From: an uncultured Acidobacteriota bacterium
GTDB taxonomy: Bacteria; Acidobacteriota; Vicinamibacteria; Vicinamibacterales; CAVVIG01
Length of the DNA: 64,000 nucleotides
Reading direction: 5' to 3'
NCBI GenBank assembly: GCA_963773035.1
Contig: CAVYZX010000012.1
Span: 90,013 to 154,012, forward strand
Shown here: piece by piece, positions 38,761 through 48,280 of the stretch
How the letters are laid out: every line of letters begins with the position of its first letter
Numbering within the stretch: the first letter of the stretch is position 1
Translations under genes and position numbers: made by a program
Notes under the pieces: generated by a model
Told to the model about the DNA's origin: nothing
The model's database searches: none
What the model saw: the letters and a program-made list of their open reading frames with translations, nothing else

Positions 38761-40257
38761 TCAGTTGTAGTACTTCTTCTTTCCTGTCGGCAGCCGGATC
38801 TCTTCGTCCATCGTCGTTTCTTCACGGCGACTGGGTCGCCGCGGCGCGGTTTCGTTCGCCGCGTAGCCGCGCTCTTCACTCCGGCTGATTTTTTTCTGGG
38901 CGTACAGCCCCTCGAGCACGAAGTCGATGGCCGACGCGACGGTAGGTGCAGCTGCTCCCGGGGCGAGACCGGCCCGCTCGGCCAGCTCGCGGAGACCCTG
39001 CACACCGCCCGTTCGCGAGACAACTTCCTCAGCGGACGTCGCGTCGCCGAGTGGAAGCGAGCCGCCCAGGTCGAACCATTCGACGACGGTACGCGTGTCG
39101 GCGCCGTCGAACATGCCGGTAAAGATGTTGCCGACGGCAGAGCGGATCAGATCCCGCGCGACCTGTTCGGCTCCTCGAAGCTCTCCTTCGTACTCCAGCT
39201 CGAACTTGCCGGTGATCGACGGCAGAGCCGCATAGAGATCCGTGACGCGAGGAACGACGAGCTTCTCGCCGTTTTGAAGCGCGCGCCGCTCCGCGTTCGA
39301 CACGACGAGCTCGAGAGTGGTGATCGGCAGCCGCTGGCTGACGCCGGATCGCTTGTCGATCTTGCGATCGGCCCGGGCCTGAAATGCGACCTCCTCGACG
39401 ACTTCGCGGACGTACGCCGGAATCTCCACGTTCAGCGTGTCGGTCCGGTCGGTCCAAGCCTCCTGTTTCGTAATTGCCATCGCGTGCTCTCGCGCCGTGG
39501 GGTAGTGCGTGCGGATTTCAGATCCGATCCGGTCTTTAAGCGGAGTGATGATTTTCCCGCGTGCCGTGTAATCCTCGGGGTTTGCGGTGAACACGAGCAT
39601 CACGTCCAGCCTCAGGCGGATCGGGTAGCCTTTAATCTGCACATCACCTTCCTGCAGAATATTGAACAGGCCGACTTGAATCTTGCCGGCCAGGTCTGGC
39701 AGTTCGTTGATGGCGAAGATCCCCCGATTGGCTCTCGGAAGCAGCCCGTAATGCATCGTCAGCTCGTCGGAGAGATTCAGGCCTGCTTGAGCCGCCTTGA
39801 TCGGATCGATATCGCCGACCATGTCCGCGATCGTCACGTCGGGTGTCGCAAGCTTCTCGACGAAGCGCGCCTCTCGAGGCAGCCACGCGATAGGGAGCTC
39901 GTCGCCTTCGGCGGCGACGCGCTTGCGGCACGCGGCGCACAACGGGGCGAGTGGGTTGTCGTGAATCTCGCAGCCAGGGACGACGGGGATCTGCTCGTCG
40001 AGCAAATCGACCATGCCGCGGAGGATTCGACTTTTCGCCTGACCGCGAAGACCGAGCAGAATGAAGTTGTGCCGCGACAAGACGGCATTGACCAGCTGCG
40101 GCACGACCGTCTCGTCGTACCCGATGATCCCCGGGAACAAGGTCTCGCCGGCTCGCAGTTTGCGAACGAGATTATCCCGGATTTCCTGCTTGACCGGCTT
40201 CAGGAGCGAGCCGGATTGCCTGCGCAAGTCGCCGAGGGTCTGAGCTGGGGCCGCCAT
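38761..40257 (-). CDS. Magnesium chelatase (ChlI)-like AAA+ ATPase
   Basis: Variant Walker A GLRGQAKS, variant Walker [23 protein letters not shown]. Confidence 0.85.
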   Translation of the reverse strand: MAAPAQTLGDLRRQSGSLLKPVKQEIRDNLVRKLRAGETLFPGIIGYDETVVPQLVNAVLSRHNFILLGLRGQAKSRILRGMVDLLDEQIPVVPGCEIHDNPLAPLCAACRKRVAAEGDELPIAWLPREARFVEKLATPDVTIADMVGDIDPIKAAQAGLNLSDELTMHYGLLPRANRGIFAINELPDLAGKIQVGLFNILQEGDVQIKGYPIRLRLDVMLVFTANPEDYTARGKIITPLKDRIGSEIRTHYPTAREHAMAITKQEAWTDRTDTLNVEIPAYVREVVEEVAFQARADRKIDKRSGVSQRLPITTLELVVSNAERRALQNGEKLVVPRVTDLYAALPSITGKFELEYEGELRGAEQVARDLIRSAVGNIFTGMFDGADTRTVVEWFDLGGSLPLGDATSAEEVVSRTGGVQGLRELAERAGLAPGAAAPTVASAIDFVLEGLYAQKKISRSEERGYAANETAPRRPSRREETTMDEEIRLPTGKKKYYN

Positions 40258-40294
40258 GGATCGATTCTATCCGAATTAGACTAGCCCTCGCCCC

Positions 40295-41089
40295 GTGCCT
40301 TTTCCGTTCTTGTCGTCGGGCCGCCCCCTCGTCTTCGCGCACCGCGGCGGCGCCGCACTCGCGCCCGAGAACACCTTCGCGGCGTTCGACAACGGCCTGG
40401 CCCTTGGCGCCGATGGCCTGGAGCTCGACGTCCATCTCTCGCGTGATGGTCAGGTCATGGTCCATCACGACGAGACGCTCGAGCGAACCACGAACCTTCG
40501 CGGGCTCGTTACCGCGTGGGCGGCAGACGACCTTCGACGCGCGGACGCGGGACATCGCTTCAAACGCGGCGACAGCTTCCCGTTTCGAGGGATCGGCTAC
40601 GGTGTCCCCACGCTGTCCGAGGTCCTCGCCCGCTACCGCGATGTCCCCGTCATCGTCGAGCTAAAGGTCAATAGCCTCGAAATGGCGCAGGCGACGATCG
40701 CGACGGTGCGCGCAGCCGATGCGCTCGATCGCGTGTGTCTCGGGTCTTTTCGTCTGAGGGTCCTTCGTTCGGCCAGGGCCCTCGAGCCTGCGATCGCGAC
40801 CAGCGCGGCCCGTGAAGAGGTGCGGTGGGCGCTGTATCGATCTTGGTGCCGGTGGCCCGTCGCGCGGGCCCCTTACGAAGGGTATCAGGTGCCCGAGTGG
40901 GCAGGGAGAACCAGGGTCGTGTCACCGGGTTTTGTCCGCGCAGCGCACGCTTCAGGCCTTGCGGTTCAGGTGTGGGGCGTGGATACCGAGCACGACGCCC
41001 GTCGTCTCCTGGATTGGGGGGTTGACGGCCTGATTACCGATCGACCGGAGGTCATCATCCCTCTTGCGATCCATTCACGGTCTGGGTGA
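40295..41089 (+). CDS. Glycerophosphodiester phosphodiesterase
   Basis: AHRGG..PENT, ELDVHLSRDG, HHD, ELK, GVDGLITDRP. Confidence 0.9.
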   Translation: MPFPFLSSGRPLVFAHRGGAALAPENTFAAFDNGLALGADGLELDVHLSRDGQVMVHHDETLERTTNLRGLVTAWAADDLRRADAGHRFKRGDSFPFRGIGYGVPTLSEVLARYRDVPVIVELKVNSLEMAQATIATVRAADALDRVCLGSFRLRVLRSARALEPAIATSAAREEVRWALYRSWCRWPVARAPYEGYQVPEWAGRTRVVSPGFVRAAHASGLAVQVWGVDTEHDARRLLDWGVDGLITDRPEVIIPLAIHSRSG

Positions 41090-41109
41090 GCTCTGGATAT
41101 GGCTCAGCG

Positions 41110-41811
41110 TTATGCCATTAAGCGGCGGGCCTCTCGAAATACCCTGTCTATCATTTCAGGCGTGAGCTTGCCAGTTTGAGTGTTCTGTCGGCTGGGGTGA
41201 TAGCAGCCGATGAGGGTCGGTCCATCAGGCAACTGGAACATGAGGCCGTGACCAAAGTGGGGCCGACGTCCCGCCAAGCGCCCGCGACGGTTCAACCACC
41301 GCACGTAGGAATCGAAGCCGACTTTTCCCAGTGCCACAACCACTCGTACACGGTCGAGAGTCCTTATCTCAGCTTCCAAATGGACGAAGCAGCTGCGAAT
41401 CTCTTCTGGTGTCGGTTTGTTGTCGGGCGGCGCGCAACGCACGGCCATGGTGATGTACGCGTCTTTCAGCTTCAATCCGTCGTCCGAGCGTTCCGAAGTT
41501 GGCCTGTTCGCAATGCCGGCTCGATGGAGAGCCGACATCAGGAAGTCTCCGGAACCACCGGCCCCGTCGCCGGTAAACGCGCGGCCTGTTCTGTTCGCCC
41601 CGTGAGCGGCAGGTGCAAGTCCAACAATGAGCAGTCGAGCACGGGGATCGCCGAAGCCGGGAACCGGCCGCGCCCAATACGTCTCTTCGCGGTAGGCCTT
41701 CCGCTTATCGCGGGCGATACTCTCGCAATAGGCACGAAGACGTGGACATTGTTCGCACGCCACGATCCGGTCGTGAACCGCCGCCAGGATTCGCGCGGCC
41801 CGACTTACCAC
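41110..41811 (-). CDS. Uracil-DNA glycosylase, family 5 (UdgB-like, Fe-S)
   Basis: CEQCPRL, GLAPAAHGANRTGR, RCAPPDNKP, YHPSRQNT; GTG start overlaps the upstream stop. Confidence 0.88.
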   Translation of the reverse strand: MVSRAARILAAVHDRIVACEQCPRLRAYCESIARDKRKAYREETYWARPVPGFGDPRARLLIVGLAPAAHGANRTGRAFTGDGAGGSGDFLMSALHRAGIANRPTSERSDDGLKLKDAYITMAVRCAPPDNKPTPEEIRSCFVHLEAEIRTLDRVRVVVALGKVGFDSYVRWLNRRGRLAGRRPHFGHGLMFQLPDGPTLIGCYHPSRQNTQTGKLTPEMIDRVFREARRLMA

Positions 41812-43856
41812 ACGCGGCACATCGTCGCGCGCACCATTGCCGAATCCGCTCGGCAGGAGAACGCCTTTTGGAATTCCGGCATATTCGAGACGACACCATT
41901 CACTCGATACTGGTTGGCGGAATGCGGATTGGTCGCCGCCTTTAACCGCTCGGCTTCTGGACGACTGCTTTCGCACCACTGCTGCGCCCATCCGAGGAAC
42001 ACACGCTGTTCGGACGTGAAACCGTCGCTGGTGGCTTGAACCGTTGCGCCTGGTCCGGCCAGGTACGCCATCAATGCCAAGCGGAGGCCGCCGTTGTCAG
42101 CCGTATTTTCCCCCAGCGTGAGCTTGCCGTTGATCTTCGTGTCTCCGGCGACGGTGTACGCGGAGTACTGATCGGCGATGCAGCCGGCGCGGGCTTCGAA
42201 CGCCTTCGCATCCGCTGACGTCCACCAGTCGCGGAGGTTGCCTTGCGCGTCGTACTTGCGCCCTTGATCGTCGAAGCCATGGGTGAGCTCGTGGCCGATC
42301 ACCGCCCCGATGGCTCCATAGTTGGCGGCGGCATCGGCGCTCGCATAGTAGAACGGCGCCTGGAGGATTCCCGCAGGAAAGTTAATCGTGTTGGCGCTCG
42401 CGTCGTAGTAGGCGTTGACAGTCGGCGGCGTCATACTCCACTCGCTGCGGTCGACCCGGCGGCCAATCTTGGCCAAACGCCTGGCATTGTGAAAGGTGAG
42501 CGACCGCTGGAGGTTTCCGAGAGCGTCGGTTCTCGAAATTTCGAGGCTTGAATAGTCTCGCCACGTATCGGGGTATCCGATGCGATCAGTTACTTGTTTC
42601 AGCTTCTGCTGGGCCGCCTCTTTGGTGTCGGTCCCCATCCAGGCGGCCTCGTCTATCTCCTTCTTCATTGCGGCTTTGATGTCCTGGACCATTCTCAGCA
42701 TGTCGGCTTTCGCCTGCGCGCCAAACGCCTCCGCCACAAACGCACGACCGAGGGCTTCACCGAGCTGCTGGTCCGTGTCGGCGATGCATTCACGCCATCG
42801 AGGGGGCCGTTGATCCTGTCCTGTGAGCTGGCGGTTGAAGAAATCGAAGGTTGCGTTCTCGAAGGGCGTCGAGAGCCGTGTCGAGGCGCCATGGAGGAGG
42901 TGCCATGAGAAATACCGCTTCAAGTCTTGGAGTGCCGTTGATGCGATGACGCTGTTGAACGCCTCCATGAATTCTGGCTCGTTCACGTTCAGGGCCGTGA
43001 AGGCGGGTGCTCCGCTGGCCCGCAGGTAGCGCGCCCAGTTGAATGCCGGAGTCAGGCGTTGTAGATCCGCGAGTGTCATCGGGTGGTTGATGGAGTTGGG
43101 ATCGCGACGCTCGGCCACGTCGAGCATGGCCGTCGCCAATGACGTCTCGATTGCCATGACGGCCGACGCGCTCTTTGCCGCTTCGTCGGGATCGCGGCCG
43201 GCGAGCGTGAACAGCTGCGCCACATGCTGCCGATACTCTTCTCGAAGATTCACCGACCGATCATCGGTCTTGAGGTAGTAGTCGCGGCTTGGAAGACCGA
43301 GACCATCCGGAATCAGTGCTGCCGTCTCCGTTGAGGCGTCACTGAACTTCGGACGCGAAGCGAGACGGAAGAATACGTACACGCCCGCGCGGCGTGAACT
43401 GCCGGATGGAGGCGTCTCCCCGACTCTCGATTGAAGAAACGCTACAAGCTCTGGAAGTCCGTCTCGATTGGCGAGGCTGGCAATCTGCGACATCTCATGG
43501 TCGAGCGCGGTGAGATGTTTTGCGTCAATCGCTGGTTGGTCCATACAGGCCGCGTAGTAGTCGCGGGCCTTTCGCAAGTCGCCCTCTCCGCCCGGCGCCT
43601 CCAGAATGCGGCGCAGAATCGCGAAGTTACGTTCCTGAACCTCCTGGAAGCGGCCCCATCGTTGACGATCGGCCGCGATGGGGTTCGCCGCGATCCAACC
43701 TCCGCATGCGAACGCATAGAAGTCCGTGCACGCATCGACTTGACGATCGAGCGCGGTAAGATCCACACCAGAGCTAGGCGACGCCGATTGCGTTGCCGCC
43801 AAAAGTGTTGCTAGTGGTGTAGCGACGAACACCAACGCCAATGTGTAACGGCGCAT
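41805..43856 (-). CDS. M13 (neprilysin/PepO) metalloendopeptidase, exported
   Basis: CTDFYAFACGGW, VNAYY, HELTH, GENTAD, signal peptide. Confidence 0.93.
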   Translation of the reverse strand: MRRYTLALVFVATPLATLLAATQSASPSSGVDLTALDRQVDACTDFYAFACGGWIAANPIAADRQRWGRFQEVQERNFAILRRILEAPGGEGDLRKARDYYAACMDQPAIDAKHLTALDHEMSQIASLANRDGLPELVAFLQSRVGETPPSGSSRRAGVYVFFRLASRPKFSDASTETAALIPDGLGLPSRDYYLKTDDRSVNLREEYRQHVAQLFTLAGRDPDEAAKSASAVMAIETSLATAMLDVAERRDPNSINHPMTLADLQRLTPAFNWARYLRASGAPAFTALNVNEPEFMEAFNSVIASTALQDLKRYFSWHLLHGASTRLSTPFENATFDFFNRQLTGQDQRPPRWRECIADTDQQLGEALGRAFVAEAFGAQAKADMLRMVQDIKAAMKKEIDEAAWMGTDTKEAAQQKLKQVTDRIGYPDTWRDYSSLEISRTDALGNLQRSLTFHNARRLAKIGRRVDRSEWSMTPPTVNAYYDASANTINFPAGILQAPFYYASADAAANYGAIGAVIGHELTHGFDDQGRKYDAQGNLRDWWTSADAKAFEARAGCIADQYSAYTVAGDTKINGKLTLGENTADNGGLRLALMAYLAGPGATVQATSDGFTSEQRVFLGWAQQWCESSRPEAERLKAATNPHSANQYRVNGVVSNMPEFQKAFSCRADSAMVRATMCRVW

Positions 43857-43927
43857 GGGTTCCCTCCGTTGCGTCTACGGAATACAATTGATGATTGGCC
43901 TACAGCTCGTGGGCCGGTCAGCCGACA

Positions 43928-44031
43928 CTTCGACTGGCTCAGTGTCGTCCTGAGCAACGTCGAGCACACGAGTTCGACGAAGCTCACTGACGTCCCGACC
44001 CCAGTCGAAAGGACGAGTCCCGACGAACTCG
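43928..44031. repeat. Two degenerate REP-like palindromes in the aceE upstream region
   Basis: TCGAC-TG-GCTCAG..CTGAGC-AAC-GTCGA (about 43930-43963) and TTCGAC..GCTCA..GTCGAA (43973-44009). Confidence 0.5.
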
Positions 44032-44073
44032 AGGCGCCGCCCGCTGTGCTGGGTAGCGCTCTGCGAAAGGATC

Positions 44074-46767
44074 GTGGGTCCCGTGAGACATATTGCCCCC
44101 AAGGATGCTGCGGAACTCGACGCCATCGAAACACGCGAATGGCTCGAGTCTCTCGATTATGTGCTGCAAAGTGGTGGGCCGTCGAAAGTCGCGCGTCTGC
44201 TCCGCGAGTTGACCCTTCACGCGACCGAAAACGGCGTCAAACTTCCATTTACTGCCAACACCCCCTACATCAATACCATTCCCGCCGACGACCAGGTGCT
44301 CATGCCCGGCAGTCCGGACATCGAGCGTCGCATCAAGAGTCTGGTTCGTTGGAACGCGGCCGCGATGGTGGTTCGAGCCAACAAGGCTGACGAAGGGATA
44401 GGCGGGCACATCTCGACCTTTGCCTCGGTGGCCACCTTGTACGAAGTGGGCTTCAACCATTTCTTCAGGGGCCGGGACGCCGACGCCGACGGCGAGGGCG
44501 ACGTGATCTTCTTTCAAGGTCACGCCGCTCCCGGTGTTTACGCGCGCGCGTATCTGGAAGGGCGCATCGACGAAACGCATCTCGAGAATTTCCGGCGCGA
44601 GCTGCATGCCGGCGGAGGATTGTCGTCGTATCCGCATCCCTGGCTGATGCCCGACTTCTGGGAATATCCGACCGTGTCGATGGGTCTCGGTCCGCTGATG
44701 GCCATCTACCAGGCGCGCTTCACCCGCTACCTCGAAGATCGCGGGTTGAAGCCCAAGTCGAACAGCAAGGTGTGGGCATTCCTCGGCGATGGAGAAACCG
44801 ACGAGCCCGAAGCCTTGGGAGCAATGACGCTGCCGGCGCGCGAGAAGCTCGACAACCTGATCTTCGTCATCAATTGCAATCTTCAACGGCTCGACGGTCC
44901 AGTGCGCGGCAACGGCCAGATCATCCAGGAGCTCGAGGCGGCATTTCGTGGAGCCGGTTGGAATGTCATCAAGGTCATTTGGGGGCGCGAATGGGACCCC
45001 ATCCTCGCCAAGGACCGCGATGGGCTCGTGGTCAAGCGAATGGGCGAAATCGTGGACGGCCAGTACCAGAAATACGCCGTCGAATCCGGAGCCTACGTCC
45101 GGGAGCACTTCTGGGGTGTCGATCCGAGACTGCTCGACATGGTCAAGCACCTGACCGACGAACGGTTGCAGAAAATGACGCTGGGAGGGCACGACCCGGT
45201 CAAGGTCTACAACGCTTATAAAGCGGCAGTGGAGCACACTGGTTCACCAACGGTCATCCTCGCCCGAACAATCAAGGGATATGGTCTGGGCGAGGCGGGG
45301 GAAGGCAAGAACATCACCCACCAGCAGAAGAAGCTCAACGAAGAAGAACTGCGTGCGTTTCGAACGAGGTTTGGCATTCCCATTTCGGACGCGGATGTCG
45401 CCAAGACCCCCTTCTACCGGCCGCCGGAAGACGCGATTGAGATCCGCTACCTGCACGCTCGCCGCAAAGCGCTTGGCGGTTTCGTTCCGAGTCGCAAGGT
45501 GCGTAGTGCGCCGCTCGCCTCTGTGCCCCACGAGCTCTTCGAAGAGTTCTTCAAGGGCACCGAGGACCGCAAGGCGTCCACGACGATGGTGTTTGTGCGC
45601 CTGTTGTCGAAGTTGATGCGGGACAAGGATCTCGGCCGCCTGATCGTGCCCATCGTGCCTGACGAAGCCCGGACGTTCGGCATGGAAGCGCTCTTCCGCC
45701 AGGTCGGCATCTACTCGCACGTAGGTCAGCTCTACGAGCCGGTCGACATGGACACTCTCCTGTACTACAAGGAGGCGTCCGACGGGCAGATTCTGGAGGA
45801 AGGCATCACCGAAGCCGGGTCGATGTCGTCATTCATCGCCGCGGGTACCGCGTACGCCACTCACGGCGTCAACACGATCCCATTCTTCATCTATTACTCG
45901 ATGTTCGGCTTCCAGCGCATCGGGGACTTGATTTGGGCGGCGGGCGATTCCCGGACACGGGGCTTCATGCTCGGAGGGACATCGGGACGCACGACGCTGG
46001 CTGGCGAAGGGCTGCAGCATCAGGATGGCAACAGCCAGTTGTTTGCGATGGCCTACCCCAACTGCGTTGCTTACGATCCGGCTTTCGCCTACGAGATCGC
46101 TGTGATTATTGAAGACGGCATCCGCCGGATGTACGTCGATGGAGAGAGCCTCTTCTACTACTTGACCGTGATGAACGAGCAGTACTCGATGCCGATGATG
46201 CCGGAGGGTGCCGGAGAGGGAATTCTCAAGGGGCTCTATCGATTCCGTGCGACATCGAAGCCGGCAGCCGCTCGTCGGGCTCAGCTCTTTGGCAGCGGCG
46301 CAATCCTTCCCGAAGCGATCAAGGCGCAGGAAGTTCTGGAGAGCACGTACGATGTCGGCGCCGATGTCTGGAGCGTGACGAGTTACAGCGAACTGTATCG
46401 CGACGGTCACCGTTGCGAGCGATGGAACCTGCTGCACCCCGGAGAATCGCCGAAAGTGCCGTACGTCACTCAATGTTTCAAAGATATACCCGGTGTCCTC
46501 GTCGCGGCATCGGACTATGTGAAGGCCTTGCCAGATTCGATCGATCGGTGGCTGCCCCGGCCGCTCACGACGCTCGGCACCGACGGGTTCGGCCGAAGTG
46601 AAAACCGCGCCGCTCTGAGGAACTTTTTCGAAATCGACCATCGTTATATCGTCGTCGCTACGCTGGCGGCGTTGGCCCGTGACGGGCAGTTGGAATGGTC
46701 GGTCGTGAAGAAAGCGATTCAGACCCACGACATCGATCCAGAGAAGGTGAATCCTGCGATTTCGTGA
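44074..46767 (+). CDS. aceE: Pyruvate dehydrogenase E1, homodimeric type (start may be GTG 44083)
   Basis: ETREWLESL, GGHIST, PTVSMGLGP, GDGETDEPE, NCNLQRLDGPV, EGLQHQDG. Confidence 0.95.
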   Translation: MGPVRHIAPKDAAELDAIETREWLESLDYVLQSGGPSKVARLLRELTLHATENGVKLPFTANTPYINTIPADDQVLMPGSPDIERRIKSLVRWNAAAMVVRANKADEGIGGHISTFASVATLYEVGFNHFFRGRDADADGEGDVIFFQGHAAPGVYARAYLEGRIDETHLENFRRELHAGGGLSSYPHPWLMPDFWEYPTVSMGLGPLMAIYQARFTRYLEDRGLKPKSNSKVWAFLGDGETDEPEALGAMTLPAREKLDNLIFVINCNLQRLDGPVRGNGQIIQELEAAFRGAGWNVIKVIWGREWDPILAKDRDGLVVKRMGEIVDGQYQKYAVESGAYVREHFWGVDPRLLDMVKHLTDERLQKMTLGGHDPVKVYNAYKAAVEHTGSPTVILARTIKGYGLGEAGEGKNITHQQKKLNEEELRAFRTRFGIPISDADVAKTPFYRPPEDAIEIRYLHARRKALGGFVPSRKVRSAPLASVPHELFEEFFKGTEDRKASTTMVFVRLLSKLMRDKDLGRLIVPIVPDEARTFGMEALFRQVGIYSHVGQLYEPVDMDTLLYYKEASDGQILEEGITEAGSMSSFIAAGTAYATHGVNTIPFFIYYSMFGFQRIGDLIWAAGDSRTRGFMLGGTSGRTTLAGEGLQHQDGNSQLFAMAYPNCVAYDPAFAYEIAVIIEDGIRRMYVDGESLFYYLTVMNEQYSMPMMPEGAGEGILKGLYRFRATSKPAAARRAQLFGSGAILPEAIKAQEVLESTYDVGADVWSVTSYSELYRDGHRCERWNLLHPGESPKVPYVTQCFKDIPGVLVAASDYVKALPDSIDRWLPRPLTTLGTDGFGRSENRAALRNFFEIDHRYIVVATLAALARDGQLEWSVVKKAIQTHDIDPEKVNPAIS

Positions 46768-46818
46768 CCGCCTGCAACGACGCCCGGCGTCTTTTCTCAC
46801 CGTGCAGGGGAGAATCTC

Positions 46819-48264
46819 GTGACCGACTTCACATTACCTGAGCTTGGCGAGAATATCGCGACCGGGGACGTGCTGCGTGTCCTGGTGAAGCCAGGCGACA
46901 TGGTCACCAAGGATCAGCCCGTGCTGGAGCTCGAGACGGACAAGGCCACCATCGAAGTTCCGTCGTCGATCGCCGGCAAGGTGAAGGAAGTTCGCGTGAA
47001 AGCCGGGGACAAAGTCAAAGTCGGACAGGCAATCCTCAGCATTCAGGAAGAGGCGGCGGCCGCGGCCCCGAGCGCAGCTGCCGAGAAACCTGCACCCAAG
47101 TCGGAACCGGCGCCGCCCCCAACTGCAGAAGCGAGCCGCAAGGAGTCGGGTATTCGCGCGGACATCGAGGAACCGGAGACATCACCAGACCATGCTGCGG
47201 CCGGTACGAATGAAAATACCGGGCCCGCCGCACGACCGAGAAGCGGCGCGTCCGGTGCCGAGAAAGTCGTGGATTTCAGTCGCGCAGCGCGTGCGAGCAC
47301 CGAGTTGCCGGCCGCGCCCGAGCTGCCGCCTGCGCCCGCGGCCCCGTCGGTCCGCCGCATGGCGCGCGAGCTTGGCGTCGACATCAACGAGGTGCCGGGT
47401 ACCGGGCCGGCCGGTCGTATTTCGATCGACGATGTAAAGGCGCACGTCAGTCGTCTGGTGACCAGTCCCGCTTCAGGGAGCGCAGCGTCGGTCCAAGCGC
47501 TTCCCGATTTCAGCCAATGGGGTGAGATCGAACGACAACCAATGCGCGCCGTTCGCCGCAAAACCGCCGAACATCTCGCCGCCGCGTGGGCTTCAATTCC
47601 TCACGTCACGCAGCACGACGTTGCCGACGTCACCGCGCTCGAGGAGCTCCGCAAGCGCTACTCGAAGCCCGTCGAAGCGGCCGGTGGAAATCTCACGGTG
47701 ACCGCGATCGCTGTGAAGATTGTTGCCGCGGCGCTGAAGGTCTTTCCGCAGTTCAACGCGTCAATCGACGTCGCGGCCGAAGAGATCGTGTACAAGAAAT
47801 ACGTCAACATCGGTATCGCCGTCGACACCGACCGCGGATTGCTGGTTCCCGTGATCCGCGATGTGGACACGAAAAACATCACGCAGGTGTCGGTCGAGCT
47901 GGCACAGCTGTCCGAGAAAGCGCGCAATCGGAAGCTGTCGCTGCAGGAGATGCAAGGCGGTTGCTTCAGCATCTCGAATCTCGGAGGTATCGGCGGGACG
48001 GCGTTCACGCCCATCGTCAATGCGCCCGAAGTCGCAATCCTCGGGATCTCACGCGCCCGGATGGAGCCGGTCTGGCGTGCCGGAGGCGAAAACGAATCAG
48101 GGGTTTCCGGCGATCAACAGAACGGACAGTTCGTGCCGCGGCTCATGCTCCCGCTTTCACTCTCATACGACCACAGAATCGTGGACGGTGCCGACGGGAT
48201 TCGGTTCCTGCGTTGGGTCGTGGAAGCGTTCGAACAGCCGTTCCTGCTGACCCTGCAGGGCTGA
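46819..48264 (+). CDS. aceF: Dihydrolipoamide acetyltransferase E2 with one lipoyl domain
   Basis: ETDKA lipoyl site; APSVRRMARELG E3-binding domain; DHRIVDG. Confidence 0.93.
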   Translation: MTDFTLPELGENIATGDVLRVLVKPGDMVTKDQPVLELETDKATIEVPSSIAGKVKEVRVKAGDKVKVGQAILSIQEEAAAAAPSAAAEKPAPKSEPAPPPTAEASRKESGIRADIEEPETSPDHAAAGTNENTGPAARPRSGASGAEKVVDFSRAARASTELPAAPELPPAPAAPSVRRMARELGVDINEVPGTGPAGRISIDDVKAHVSRLVTSPASGSAASVQALPDFSQWGEIERQPMRAVRRKTAEHLAAAWASIPHVTQHDVADVTALEELRKRYSKPVEAAGGNLTVTAIAVKIVAAALKVFPQFNASIDVAAEEIVYKKYVNIGIAVDTDRGLLVPVIRDVDTKNITQVSVELAQLSEKARNRKLSLQEMQGGCFSISNLGGIGGTAFTPIVNAPEVAILGISRARMEPVWRAGGENESGVSGDQQNGQFVPRLMLPLSLSYDHRIVDGADGIRFLRWVVEAFEQPFLLTLQG

Positions 48265-48280
48265 TCGGGCCGTATCTTCC

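Noticed and set aside
38743..40284. 513-aa antisense ORF, and similar long shadow ORFs such as 59361-60767, 43984-45237 and 33617-34786
   Set aside because: They mirror well-supported genes on the opposite strand, lack motifs, and are expected from high-GC codon bias
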